IMG/VR virus record: IMGVR_UViG_3300017917_003612
Span: 14,549-78,548 of that record
Source: a virus
Reading direction: 5' to 3' (one strand)
DNA length: 64,000 nucleotides
The translations under genes were made by a program, and so were the position numbers. The number at the start of each line of letters is the position of its first letter. Position 1 is the stretch's first letter. Below, piece by piece: positions 16,781 through 26,048 of this stretch. The notes beneath the pieces were generated by a model. The model saw only the letters and a program-made list of their open reading frames with translations. It ran no database searches and had not been told where the DNA came from.

Positions 16781-18249
16781 AGATTCCTTTCCCAAATCAC
16801 AAAGGGATCATTTACTACTATTGTGCCGTCGGGTCTGGCCATATAATTGCCACTATGCAAGTCAACTGTAAAATTGTGCCGACGAGCAAATCTTTCAACT
16901 TCATACACAGTTTTTAATAAACCATCAGCTCGTTCAGGTCCGCCTAACAGATCAATAACTTCCTTTATATCTTCAAAGTACTGTGGATTGTAATCTGGTG
17001 CATAATAATCTTCTGCACTGGCAAATTCTGCATAGGCTTTAATTTTCTTGTATGCTGATTCAAAATTACCTCGACCTATTTGTTTAGTGACCTGATCAAT
17101 TTGTCCAACCAAGGTTCCAACTGTTTTAGGTAATTCTTGTAGTGTTTCCATTCGGGCTTGAATATAGTTTTTACCTTGAAATTTAAAACTTTCAAATGCA
17201 CTAAAACGAGGCAAGTGCGGATTGTCTTTGTTCTTGTTGCAGTAGTCGATCCAGTTGATAAACATACGCTGGTCAGGGCTGAATCCTTCTACACCTTTAC
17301 GATATCCAAACACAATATAAACTTGTCCATTGGGTTCAAGATATGCTTGTTTGTCTATTCCGCCGCCCAAGTATTTGTAACCTTTTTTGGCTAGAGCTTG
17401 GCTGATACCAACATGTATTGAGCCAGCCATTTCGTCAAGTGCTTCTTCAAATTGTGCAGAGTATCCAACATTGAACTGTGGTTTAGCTCCAGGAAAATTG
17501 GGCTGATTGACGCCGGCACTGAATCCTTTTCGTTGATATTGTGCCCCAACTCCTGTTACACCAAAATCCTTTTGTCCGCTAGCACTCAATGAAATAGAAC
17601 TGTCTTTGTCAACTGGTATATTGTAAGATCCTGATACAGATCCTCGGTCACCTATGTTTACACTGGCAGGACCATATCCAAGATTGATACCTCGTTGAGC
17701 TTCATAATCTCTCATGCCTCCGGGCATATCAGCTGATATGCCTAAATTCAGCCCTGTGTTTAAATTGCTGTACTGAGCACGTTGTAATCTTTTTTCTGGA
17801 TCCACGCTGGTTTGTGCTGTCCAATTGACTGGTTTTTCTTTTGGCATCGGCAAGTCAGGCAATTCGTCATCGTTTATAACCTGTCTGCTGACCATTTCTT
17901 CTAGGTGTGCAATTGCTTCGTCAGCTCTAATTGCTTTTGCGTAATCTTCTGGGCTGTCTATATCGTGCAAGCTAAAGCCCAGGCGCTTGAGCAACGGAAT
18001 CATTTTGTGTTCTTCTTCTTCACTGCCAAACGCAAACACAGTGTGCGGCACACCTTTGTTAAATGTTCTAGGATCTGCATCGTCTAAGTCACTCACTGCC
18101 ATGCCCAGCTTGTACCAGTCGTACACATCGCTCACATTGACCAAGGTAGTACCTTTGGGAAAACTCAACGGTGTGCCCGGATCACTTTTGAGGTACTGAT
18201 CTTCATCGTAATCGGGGTTATCTTCTAGTATAAATTCTCTTGCTCTCAT
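16777..18249 (-). CDS. Putative capsid-targeted polyprotein with C-terminal protein-kinase-like domain
   Basis: MRAREFILE; YLGGG, HLPRF, METL, DLHSGNYM...VVNDP. Confidence 0.7.
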   Translation of the reverse strand: MRAREFILEDNPDYDEDQYLKSDPGTPLSFPKGTTLVNVSDVYDWYKLGMAVSDLDDADPRTFNKGVPHTVFAFGSEEEEHKMIPLLKRLGFSLHDIDSPEDYAKAIRADEAIAHLEEMVSRQVINDDELPDLPMPKEKPVNWTAQTSVDPEKRLQRAQYSNLNTGLNLGISADMPGGMRDYEAQRGINLGYGPASVNIGDRGSVSGSYNIPVDKDSSISLSASGQKDFGVTGVGAQYQRKGFSAGVNQPNFPGAKPQFNVGYSAQFEEALDEMAGSIHVGISQALAKKGYKYLGGGIDKQAYLEPNGQVYIVFGYRKGVEGFSPDQRMFINWIDYCNKNKDNPHLPRFSAFESFKFQGKNYIQARMETLQELPKTVGTLVGQIDQVTKQIGRGNFESAYKKIKAYAEFASAEDYYAPDYNPQYFEDIKEVIDLLGGPERADGLLKTVYEVERFARRHNFTVDLHSGNYMARPDGTIVVNDPFVIWERNL

Positions 18250-20747
18250 CGTGCTGGTACCACCATAAATTCACCACTACCTAGTAGGCCTTGACCGCGC
18301 AGCCAATTTGCAGCATATTGATTGGCTTCGCCTTGATTGCTACGATGAACAAAACTATAAACTTCACGGTCGTTTTGATCTAACACTAGCCAACGGGTAT
18401 TTCCGGGTGGCAGGCTTTCTGTACCACGGGCAGCAGAACTCGCAGGATCTGCTTCTATCCTGTTTATTGTCCATCCGGCACGCTCCAGTCGATTTCTCAC
18501 AGCAGCCATGGCAGCATCAGCATTTGCTGCCGGAACCGTCATAGTATTGTTTCTCACTTCATCACCATAGGTCACCGTATAATCAACTCTATATTCTGTT
18601 TGCTCTCGTTGTTGAACTTCACCTTGATTGCGTGGCAAATCGTCTCTTGCTCGCATGAGTGGTCTAACATATACGGGATCGTCATATCCTGTCTGCTGTT
18701 GCCATCTTGCTGCGTGTCTTTCAGCATCTGCTACTGCGTTTCCGATACCGCTGATTACAGACACAACCTCATCGGTGTTTCTACTCACTACTTCCCAGTG
18801 CCCGGTAAATTCTTGATCACGGCTGGGTGTTTGCTGAACAGGTGGTTCACGCCAAATTGGCTGGGGCTCGCCCAATCTCGCTCTCAAGTTATATGCAGTT
18901 TCCTGACCGTCATATGTGCGATCGTGTGCGGCCACAATATCATCGAAGGCTGCATTGGCAAACTGATCAGGGAATCTTTGTACCGCAATGGTTCGAGCCT
19001 GGAATTCACTCATGGCTCGCACCCACACACCTCGTGGACTGTTTTCTACTTTGACATAGTAGAACTTTGGACTCATTTGATTCATGTCATCCGTGGTAGC
19101 GGCTCGTAAGGGTTGTACTTTCCATCCGTGTTCTTGTGCCCATTCTTCCATACTACTACTACCAATGTTTAATCGCCATTTTTTAATTGCTTCCACAACA
19201 GCGTCCAACTCGGTCTTACCTAACACTTCCGTACCTTGGCTTTGATAAGGACTGGTACGATCGCCTGTGACCCGCCATACCAACAATATATCCTTGGCAC
19301 CCTGTGTGAGTTTATCAACTTTTCTCTTGCCCTGTATCTGTCTTACAAATGCTTTCAAGGCACTTTGTGGTAATTCACCGGCGGCATATTTTGCAAAGTA
19401 TTGAATGGTATCGTCTTCCTTGCCTTGTGTGAGTGTTTTGTACAATTTCTTGTAGTATTCTTGTTTGAACTCCGCAGGCTTGGTAGCAACATCTAATGCC
19501 ACTACTGCTCGCAACATTGTGTTTTTAACTGCAGAGAGATCATCACCCAGCCAGTCACCACCCGGACCACGAAACTCTATCCAGTCGCCTCTATTGTTGA
19601 TACTACTATATTTTTGTGTTTGACCTGTGTGTAAAACTTTGCTGGCTATGTCACTTAGTCCACTCTGAAACTGACGCATCATTTCGGTCACACGCTCAGG
19701 TTCGGTGCGGGCAATGATTTTAATACTTTTCAAAATACTCTTACAATAGGTATTACCTTCACGACCAAATTGTTCTAGGATATAGTTATCGCCCAGGAAC
19801 ATGGCCAGTTTAACAAAGTCTAGATTTTGTTGACCGGGTACACTCACATTCATGTGCAGGCCAGTGCTGTCGTTAGTGTAAGCACCCACTCTACCGGCCC
19901 ATTTAGCCACTTTGTCGATGTCCGACAACATTTCGTCCACAGTTAGTGGAGGGCTTACAAACTCTAGTCCACCATCACCTGGGTCGCCATGCAAGCTTGA
20001 ATCCGGCTCTACCACATAGTGTCCAGGTCGTCTAGTGGCACCGTGATAACTGCTACTGGCATTTACCGGACGACCTATGGCTTGACTGAAGTCATCGGCA
20101 ACATCATTGATACTGACACCGCTACCGCCGTAGTAATCATCTGGTTGGGTCCAGTATGGCCATTCTAGGCTGTGTTCATTGGCGAAATCACTCATCATGG
20201 TGATGCCATTATCTTCTAGCCATTCTTCAAACTTTGAGTCAAGATTTTCGTTGTATTCATCTCTCAATTGATCGCGTATGTTGTCTTCGTTTTCGTCAAT
20301 GAAATTTTGTAAAGCTGCAATATACTCTTCCTCAGTTTCGTAATCGTCTCTGTCGACATTGTCGCCTGCTATTTCTGTTACACGATCTTGTCCTGCCTCC
20401 GAAGCCATGTATTGTTCTTGATCTTCGTCGGTCCACGCAAGGAAGTTCTCATTAAGTTCATCAATGGCTCTTTGTATGCTACGAGTGCTATTGCTAACTT
20501 CGCCGCCGCGGAAAAAGCTCATTATGTCATTGGTCCAGCCTCGGCCAGTAGGAAAACTTTCATCAGCATCGTAATCCGGTTCTGATTCAAATTCATTTTC
20601 TTCTTCACCCTGGGCATTGGGCACAATCAGTTCAAATTCCATGCCAACTCTGGCGTCAATGTTCTTGGCCATTTTGCTCAAGTTGGTTGGGCTCATTTTG
20701 AGCTCGAACAATTCATCTTCGGTTAGTTCAAATTCGCGAAATCTCAT
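18246..20747 (-). CDS. Putative amidoligase (COOH-NH2 ligase type 2) with acidic insert and C-terminal repeats
   Basis: GMEFE, DSSL...GLEFVSPPL, STGLHMNVS, KYSSIN, IEFR. Confidence 0.8.
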   Translation of the reverse strand: MRFREFELTEDELFELKMSPTNLSKMAKNIDARVGMEFELIVPNAQGEEENEFESEPDYDADESFPTGRGWTNDIMSFFRGGEVSNSTRSIQRAIDELNENFLAWTDEDQEQYMASEAGQDRVTEIAGDNVDRDDYETEEEYIAALQNFIDENEDNIRDQLRDEYNENLDSKFEEWLEDNGITMMSDFANEHSLEWPYWTQPDDYYGGSGVSINDVADDFSQAIGRPVNASSSYHGATRRPGHYVVEPDSSLHGDPGDGGLEFVSPPLTVDEMLSDIDKVAKWAGRVGAYTNDSTGLHMNVSVPGQQNLDFVKLAMFLGDNYILEQFGREGNTYCKSILKSIKIIARTEPERVTEMMRQFQSGLSDIASKVLHTGQTQKYSSINNRGDWIEFRGPGGDWLGDDLSAVKNTMLRAVVALDVATKPAEFKQEYYKKLYKTLTQGKEDDTIQYFAKYAAGELPQSALKAFVRQIQGKRKVDKLTQGAKDILLVWRVTGDRTSPYQSQGTEVLGKTELDAVVEAIKKWRLNIGSSSMEEWAQEHGWKVQPLRAATTDDMNQMSPKFYYVKVENSPRGVWVRAMSEFQARTIAVQRFPDQFANAAFDDIVAAHDRTYDGQETAYNLRARLGEPQPIWREPPVQQTPSRDQEFTGHWEVVSRNTDEVVSVISGIGNAVADAERHAARWQQQTGYDDPVYVRPLMRARDDLPRNQGEVQQREQTEYRVDYTVTYGDEVRNNTMTVPAANADAAMAAVRNRLERAGWTINRIEADPASSAARGTESLPPGNTRWLVLDQNDREVYSFVHRSNQGEANQYAANWLRGQGLLGSGEFMVVPAR

Positions 20748-21133
20748 TCTATTATTTCCGGATTGGCCTTGCCATACAATTTCATAAGGTAGCCTGCTAC
20801 TGCATCGGCCTCTTGTTCAACGGGCGAGCCAGGATAGCTTTGGTCACCGTTTACTCTACCATCTTCGTACTGCTTTCTGTGAGTAAGTTCGTGAGCTACA
20901 GTACGCATTATATCAATTAGATTTCTGTTGCCGGTATAAATCCACATCGTGTCTTCGGCATCGTCGTAATAACCGGTTCTGTGTTGGTCTGGACCTTCCT
21001 TGGCATCTTGGAAACGAATCTTAGGCAATGCTTCTTGAATGTCCAATCGATCAACACACCATGCCACAAAGTCGCGCAGTTGTGCTTCGTGATCACGAAA
21101 GGTGCTTTCTGTAATAAATTCTTGTGCTCTCAT
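20744..21133 (-). CDS. Zincin-like metallopeptidase
   Basis: MRAQEFITE; TVAHELTH...EQEA (HEXXH plus E). Confidence 0.75.
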   Translation of the reverse strand: MRAQEFITESTFRDHEAQLRDFVAWCVDRLDIQEALPKIRFQDAKEGPDQHRTGYYDDAEDTMWIYTGNRNLIDIMRTVAHELTHRKQYEDGRVNGDQSYPGSPVEQEADAVAGYLMKLYGKANPEIIE

Positions 21134-21657
21134 TTTTTTCTAGATCTCGCTTCTCGTTCGGCCCTCATTAGATTAGGCACATAATCAAATTCCGAACCCA
21201 ACATGGGATTGTTCAGCTGATATGCTGCGGCTAGATCGTCAGGCACTCCATGCATGCCACCAGTATAACCGCCGCCCGCGCCTTTCAAAGACTGTGGTGC
21301 GATTTTAGGTGTTGTGGCAGCGGGAGTTTTTAGTGCATCTGCGCTTTGACTTCTATATTCAGATGGTGTCAATTTACGACCTGCTCTATCGTCTGCTCTA
21401 ATCCAGTCGCCTATACCAGCAAAATTTTGGTTGAGGCGAGCTTCACGCTCGGCACTTCTTTGTTGCGCGATTGCTCTATCAATTGCATCGTTTTCGGCCT
21501 TTATAGCGGCTGTAATTCTTTTATGTTTCTCACTGCCAGGTTCACCAATGGTGGCTCTTTTAACATCCCTTTTCGGCTGCTGCTGAGACAGTTTATCCCA
21601 ATCTAAGCCTAAAAAGCTATTTTCACCAGCTTCGGTTATAAATTCTCTAGCTCGCAT
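21130..21657 (-). CDS. Putative capsid-targeted hypothetical protein
   Basis: Probable start MRAREFITE at 21657. Confidence 0.7.
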   Translation of the reverse strand: MRAREFITEAGENSFLGLDWDKLSQQQPKRDVKRATIGEPGSEKHKRITAAIKAENDAIDRAIAQQRSAEREARLNQNFAGIGDWIRADDRAGRKLTPSEYRSQSADALKTPAATTPKIAPQSLKGAGGGYTGGMHGVPDDLAAAYQLNNPMLGSEFDYVPNLMRAEREARSRKK

Positions 21658-22297
21658 CTTGTTTATCCTGTGAGCCAGCAATCATTTTACCATAGTCCCG
21701 GCTCTGTATATTTTGCGGTGTGTGCTCGCGCTGTCCTTTGACAATTTCAAATGCTCTACGCAGACCTTTGGCTACCACGTCCAATCCATCTTCATCTGCT
21801 TGATATTTGATACCAATACCACCACTTTGTTCCCATTCTGTCAGCACACTGTTTCTATCATCAACTAAAATATTGGGTGTTCCATCTGCTTGTTTGGCAT
21901 ACTTGCCCTTGCGGCCGGTAATACGGATCACTCTAGGCTGCGGGTTTAAGTTTTCTGCTATCCAGGCTCGCTTCATGGCTTCTGAGTTTTGATTATCACC
22001 GCGTAAGGGACTTGAACAGATATTGTAGTATCCAAACACTTCCACAACCATAGCCACCAATCTATCTGCTGACGGAAATTTTGGTAATCTGTAAAAGAAA
22101 TCAGTGCCACGCATCTGTGCAATTACAGGCTCGCGCAGTTCTGCAGGAATACTGCGGTAGTCTGCTCGGCCACTTTTAACGTCAGCGGGCACTCCGGCCA
22201 ATTTGGCATATTCTGAGAAGAAATCTGCTAGTACGCCGTCCATGTCTAGGAATATTTCAGGACGGCCAGGGGGTTTTTCTAGTTCGTATAAGCGCAT
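21647..22297 (-). CDS. 5'(3')-deoxyribonucleotidase-like HAD hydrolase (NT5C family)
   Basis: FLDMDGVLADF, CSSP, K, ILVDD; ATG 4 nt after ATAAATA. Confidence 0.85.
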   Translation of the reverse strand: MRLYELEKPPGRPEIFLDMDGVLADFFSEYAKLAGVPADVKSGRADYRSIPAELREPVIAQMRGTDFFYRLPKFPSADRLVAMVVEVFGYYNICSSPLRGDNQNSEAMKRAWIAENLNPQPRVIRITGRKGKYAKQADGTPNILVDDRNSVLTEWEQSGGIGIKYQADEDGLDVVAKGLRRAFEIVKGQREHTPQNIQSRDYGKMIAGSQDKQDAS

Positions 22298-22301
22298 TTT
22301 G

Positions 22302-22308
22302 TATTTAT
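22302..22308 (-). promoter_or_regulatory. Late-type promoter ATAAATA heading the cargo operon
   Basis: ATAAATA-caaa-ATG. Confidence 0.55.
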
Positions 22309-22311
22309 TGA

Positions 22312-23169
22312 TTAAGAAAAATGGACTGCTTTTACAAATTGTCTTGTTTGCAATAATTCTAATATTTCTAAGTCTGTGCATAAATCAGCTACTGGAATAC
22401 CCCCTATGCTTTTGGACAAATATTCCCAAGTATAGCCAAGAGATTTAAAAAACTGTTGGTGGGTGTTGTAATAAGCTTGCAACTGGTTTTTTAAGTTACT
22501 GTTTTCATCATTCCAAAATTTGATTACAAAATCTGCCGAGTAGTGTTTAAATGGTTGAAATGCAGCAGGCTCTATATATGTATCATGGTCTAGCATTAAA
22601 TCGAACAGTGTTTTACCAATCTCAACATAGTTTAAATACACTGACCCATACGTGATTTTAGAGTCAAAATATTGATAATCACTTTCTTGTAGGATTTCAG
22701 TCTTAGGAAGCCCAAAATACGTAACCACGTGTCTAGGGTGTGCTCCTCTTGCAATACTTTCACATTTATGAATCAAAATATTTAGATCACATAAATTTTG
22801 TCGAAAATCCTTATTGTTGTTAGAAACATTTAATAATCCATGCTCCTTCTCAAATATATGATGCAATCTATTTAAAGTGTCTTGATCTTCAACTGAATCT
22901 AAATCATAATCAATATTGATCCATTTGTTCAATTTTTTTATTGTTAGATTTATTTCTGTCAAAGCACTATTTTTTTGATTATCAATTGTCCCAAAGCCGT
23001 AAAATCTATCAGGATTATCAATTGGATAATGTAGCTTTTGTGCTAGTAAAACTCTTTGTATCCATTTTTTTGCTATTGGAGTATTCCGTAAATTATAGTC
23101 TATAATGATTCCATCGCTTGTATTAGTTGGATTTACATAGGTTATATGTAGTTTTTTGTAGTTCAACAT
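22312..23169 (-). CDS. Hypothetical protein (AT-rich)
   Basis: 285 aa; LNRLHHIFE...LIHKCE. Confidence 0.7.
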   Translation of the reverse strand: MLNYKKLHITYVNPTNTSDGIIIDYNLRNTPIAKKWIQRVLLAQKLHYPIDNPDRFYGFGTIDNQKNSALTEINLTIKKLNKWINIDYDLDSVEDQDTLNRLHHIFEKEHGLLNVSNNNKDFRQNLCDLNILIHKCESIARGAHPRHVVTYFGLPKTEILQESDYQYFDSKITYGSVYLNYVEIGKTLFDLMLDHDTYIEPAAFQPFKHYSADFVIKFWNDENSNLKNQLQAYYNTHQQFFKSLGYTWEYLSKSIGGIPVADLCTDLEILELLQTRQFVKAVHFS

Positions 23170-23190
23170 CCTGTTTTAAAATTTAGTCAT

Positions 23191-23234
23191 AAAAAAACTC
23201 CTACTACAAGATATTTAACTTTTGTAGTAGGAGT
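23191..23234 (-). terminator. Rho-independent terminator
   Basis: 13-bp stem ACTCCTACTACAA/TTGTAGTAGGAGT followed by a T run. Confidence 0.8.
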
Positions 23235-23251
23235 AGTTGTGTTTGCTAATT

Positions 23252-23809
23252 TTACTGTTTGCTCAAATCTTCAAATGCTTTGTCTGATCTTTCCACAGCA
23301 TTTTTGCTAGCACGGAGTTGATCTTTACGTTTCATGATAGCGTTAGCTTCACCTGTTGGTAATGCCAACAGTACATAAGACCTAAACCTGCCATTTTCTG
23401 CTACACGTACAGTTTCTACTATCTCGGCACCGGATATGTCAACTCGTCGACACATACTACGAATGGCCACTTCACTGTTTTCTGCGCTAGCAGATTCTGT
23501 GTCATTCATGTACATTTTGCTAGATTTATCTACCTCACCACCTGCTGCCATACATATCGAGCTAAGAGCAATAGTCTTGGCCTTCATGTCTGCCATTGCA
23601 AAATCTCTGCTTACAGCCGAGCCATTAGCATAAACAGCATTCTTGCTTTCGGGCAGTTTGCTCATCCATTTAGGAGCTCGATCAATTGCACGTTCAGCGG
23701 CCTTGTCCTGGCGTTCGCGCTCGGCATCTGCTCGTTTGTCATAAACATTGGTTGTGCCGCATGCAACAAGAACCGTTGCAACAGTCAACATCAAAAACAA
23801 TTTTTTCAT
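23252..23809 (-). CDS. LPP20-like lipoprotein; probable start MKKLFLML
   Basis: Lipobox LVAC; APKWM, YANGSAVS..FAMA..KA. Confidence 0.7.
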   Translation of the reverse strand: MKKLFLMLTVATVLVACGTTNVYDKRADAERERQDKAAERAIDRAPKWMSKLPESKNAVYANGSAVSRDFAMADMKAKTIALSSICMAAGGEVDKSSKMYMNDTESASAENSEVAIRSMCRRVDISGAEIVETVRVAENGRFRSYVLLALPTGEANAIMKRKDQLRASKNAVERSDKAFEDLSKQ

Positions 23810-23817
23810 ATCTAACC

Positions 23818-23937
23818 TCATTTTGATTGAATCCAATCTCCAACACGACTCAGATCTCGCCCGGCACCTGAAATCGCGCCACCTAAAGTACCACAACCCG
23901 TTAGGGTAAACAACAGAAAAACAAGTAAAGTTTTCAT
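23818..23937 (-). CDS. Entericidin-like 39-aa lipoprotein, not in ORF track
   Basis: MKTLLVFLLFTLTGCGTLGGAISGAGRDLSRVGDWIQSK; ATG 6 nt after TATAAT. Confidence 0.7.
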   Translation of the reverse strand: MKTLLVFLLFTLTGCGTLGGAISGAGRDLSRVGDWIQSK

Positions 23938-23943
23938 AATTCA

Positions 23944-23972
23944 ATTATAATAAAATGATCAAAATTTGTCAA
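23944..23972 (-). promoter_or_regulatory. Consensus sigma70 promoter, probably leaderless
   Basis: TTGACA-17-TATAAT. Confidence 0.8.
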
Positions 23973-24564
23973 CCACTGTCCACTCATTTCTTATTACACA
24001 TCCCATTATTTCCCATTGCATTAGAGTGTTGTTTTTTGGATTTACATCCGATTCTAAAAAATATCTACATATGGTTCCTTTGTGTTCAAACGGTGCAGGT
24101 TCTGCAGGATGAGGCTTTAGTTCACTTACTTGAAAAGTATCATTCTTTTTGAGTCCTTTGCGCAATTGCGGCGTTTGAAAATCGTTACAATACAGGGTCT
24201 GGCTAGACTGCACTGCTATGCCTTGTATTTTTTCTAAAATTTTAGTGCGTCCAACTTGCATGGCCTGACTGCAGATTTGATCAGTACTGTCCGTAATAAA
24301 CCCTTGACTTTCACCTCTGGCGTCATACCATTTGTTATTGATGTTGGCTTTAAACAAAATTGTACAGATCTGCTGATTGTTTTGTGTTTTGACAAATTTT
24401 TGATAATCAGCTATTTCGCGAATTTCCGTTTTAGTCTGATTGGTTAAAACAGATTCTTGATAACATTCTGCTACAGCCAAACCAGGAAATCCAAAAATTA
24501 GTGCGAATTTAAACGCTGCTCTCGTTCTAGCAAGTATTTTTGCTCTGAATCTGTGATTGGACAT
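23959..24564 (-). CDS. Secreted Cys-containing hypothetical protein
   Basis: Signal-like ...GLAVA-EC; six Cys. Confidence 0.65.
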   Translation of the reverse strand: MSNHRFRAKILARTRAAFKFALIFGFPGLAVAECYQESVLTNQTKTEIREIADYQKFVKTQNNQQICTILFKANINNKWYDARGESQGFITDSTDQICSQAMQVGRTKILEKIQGIAVQSSQTLYCNDFQTPQLRKGLKKNDTFQVSELKPHPAEPAPFEHKGTICRYFLESDVNPKNNTLMQWEIMGCVIRNEWTVVDKF

Positions 24565-24869
24565 TGTTGCCTTATCTCCCTTTGTGCATGTTTGATCATA
24601 GCTTCATGTTTGAAATTCAATGTATCTGTGCTGTCTTGTGTAGTTCCATTGTAGGCATTTGAAAGAATACCAACTACACTGGTCATTTGAAAAGCCACTT
24701 TTAAGCGATCCCATTGACTGTATTTCTGGCTTTCCAAAAATTTATACTGTTCTTCTCGACGACTACAATCTACTTTAAATGTGCTCAGTTCAGTAAAATT
24801 CATCCTGGAAGGTGCAGTTGTGCATGCCCATTGCCCTAGACACCCAATAATTATTATCAGTTTTTTCAT
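24498..24869 (-). CDS. Putative lipoprotein
   Basis: MKKLIIIIGCLGQWAC. Confidence 0.6.
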   Translation of the reverse strand: MKKLIIIIGCLGQWACTTAPSRMNFTELSTFKVDCSRREEQYKFLESQKYSQWDRLKVAFQMTSVVGILSNAYNGTTQDSTDTLNFKHEAMIKHAQREIRQQCPITDSEQKYLLEREQRLNSH

Positions 24870-25078
24870 TTGCAATCTTTTTGAAGTTTCCAGTATGCTC
24901 TACGTAAATTTCTACGAGTCTCTATGTCATTGTCAGACAAAAGAGACTCTGATCGAGCTATTAAAGATTCTTGATGTTTTTTATTATAACAATCTGAAAA
25001 CCATAAATTGGTTTCCGGTGTGTGTCTAGTGGCACACGCCGATACAAATATTGTTAAAACTAAAACAAATCTTTTCAT
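24866..25078 (-). CDS. Putative lipoprotein
   Basis: Lipobox in MKRFVLVLTIFVSAC. Confidence 0.65.
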   Translation of the reverse strand: MKRFVLVLTIFVSACATRHTPETNLWFSDCYNKKHQESLIARSESLLSDNDIETRRNLRRAYWKLQKDCK

Positions 25079-25239
25079 TTTGTTTTGTTGGGCAAAACAA
25101 CAGATTTAAAAATAGATAAAGCAGTGTTTTCATTGCAGCCGGCATTTCTTGCAATATATCTAACTGCATCGCGTGTGTTTAATTGCAGAATAAAAACAGC
25201 TTCGTCGGCAAATCGTTGTGCTTTGGTCATAATATCTCC

Positions 25240-25614
25240 TTACCAAGATGAGTTGTAAAAAACTTTTAAACCTGAAAAAATTTCTGCTCGTGCTCGACGG
25301 ACAAATTCTAAATCTTGTTCACGATAATAATCATCGCTATTACTACCAAAGAAAAAACCAGAAGTAGATGGGAGCCAGCCATTTTTTACATCCTCCTCGA
25401 GTTGATCTAGGTCTTCCCATGTTAACTCAAGTTCAACACCATTAAACATAGGATCGTCTGAGCTAGAAAGCGGAAAGCCTTTTTGGTGCCATAACTGTTC
25501 CATCCAACCGTGTAGATTAGGATGTTTACGCCAGTAGGCAATTTCTCGTTGTGCGCCAGTGCCCCACTCTTCATTTGCTTTTGCAGCAGCATAAGCGTAC
25601 ATATCTAAACCCAT
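25240..25614 (-). CDS. Hypothetical phage protein
   Basis: MGLDMY...YWRKHPNLHGWM...GFFFG...YNSSW. Confidence 0.8.
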   Translation of the reverse strand: MGLDMYAYAAAKANEEWGTGAQREIAYWRKHPNLHGWMEQLWHQKGFPLSSSDDPMFNGVELELTWEDLDQLEEDVKNGWLPSTSGFFFGSNSDDYYREQDLEFVRRARAEIFSGLKVFYNSSW

Positions 25615-25656
25615 TTGTGTCTCCAAAAATTACAAAGTAGAACTATTATATCTAAT

Positions 25657-26034
25657 TTAGGAATTAGAGTCAATGGGCTTTTTTGGTTTTAATTTCACTA
25701 CCGTGAGTTTGGTGTTTTTATTGATAGGAGGTGGATCGTTTAATTTCTCTCCAAATTCTCGTCCCACATAGTATTCACATAATCTATGCCTGCACATGGT
25801 GGGAATATCTTCGAAGCCAGGTTCTAATAGAAACTGATAAGGACTTCGTCCCCAGGTGCTATTTTTAATAAATGTGTAATAACTTCTGCGGTGTTCTTTA
25901 TTTGAAGGATTAAAAACCGTAGCAGGTCTACAGTTGAGAAGTAGTTTATTCACGATTTTAATAAAAAAGTTAGTAAGGATTATATAGTAACACAAAGAAA
26001 AAGCCCTGTCAAGCAGGGCTTTAGAGTGTTGCAT
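25657..26034 (-). CDS. Hypothetical protein; start uncertain
   Basis: RPATVFNPSNKEHR...WGRSP..FLLE. Confidence 0.6.
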   Translation of the reverse strand: MQHSKALLDRAFSLCYYIILTNFFIKIVNKLLLNCRPATVFNPSNKEHRRSYYTFIKNSTWGRSPYQFLLEPGFEDIPTMCRHRLCEYYVGREFGEKLNDPPPINKNTKLTVVKLKPKKPIDSNS

Positions 26035-26048
26035 TTCTACAACAAAGT

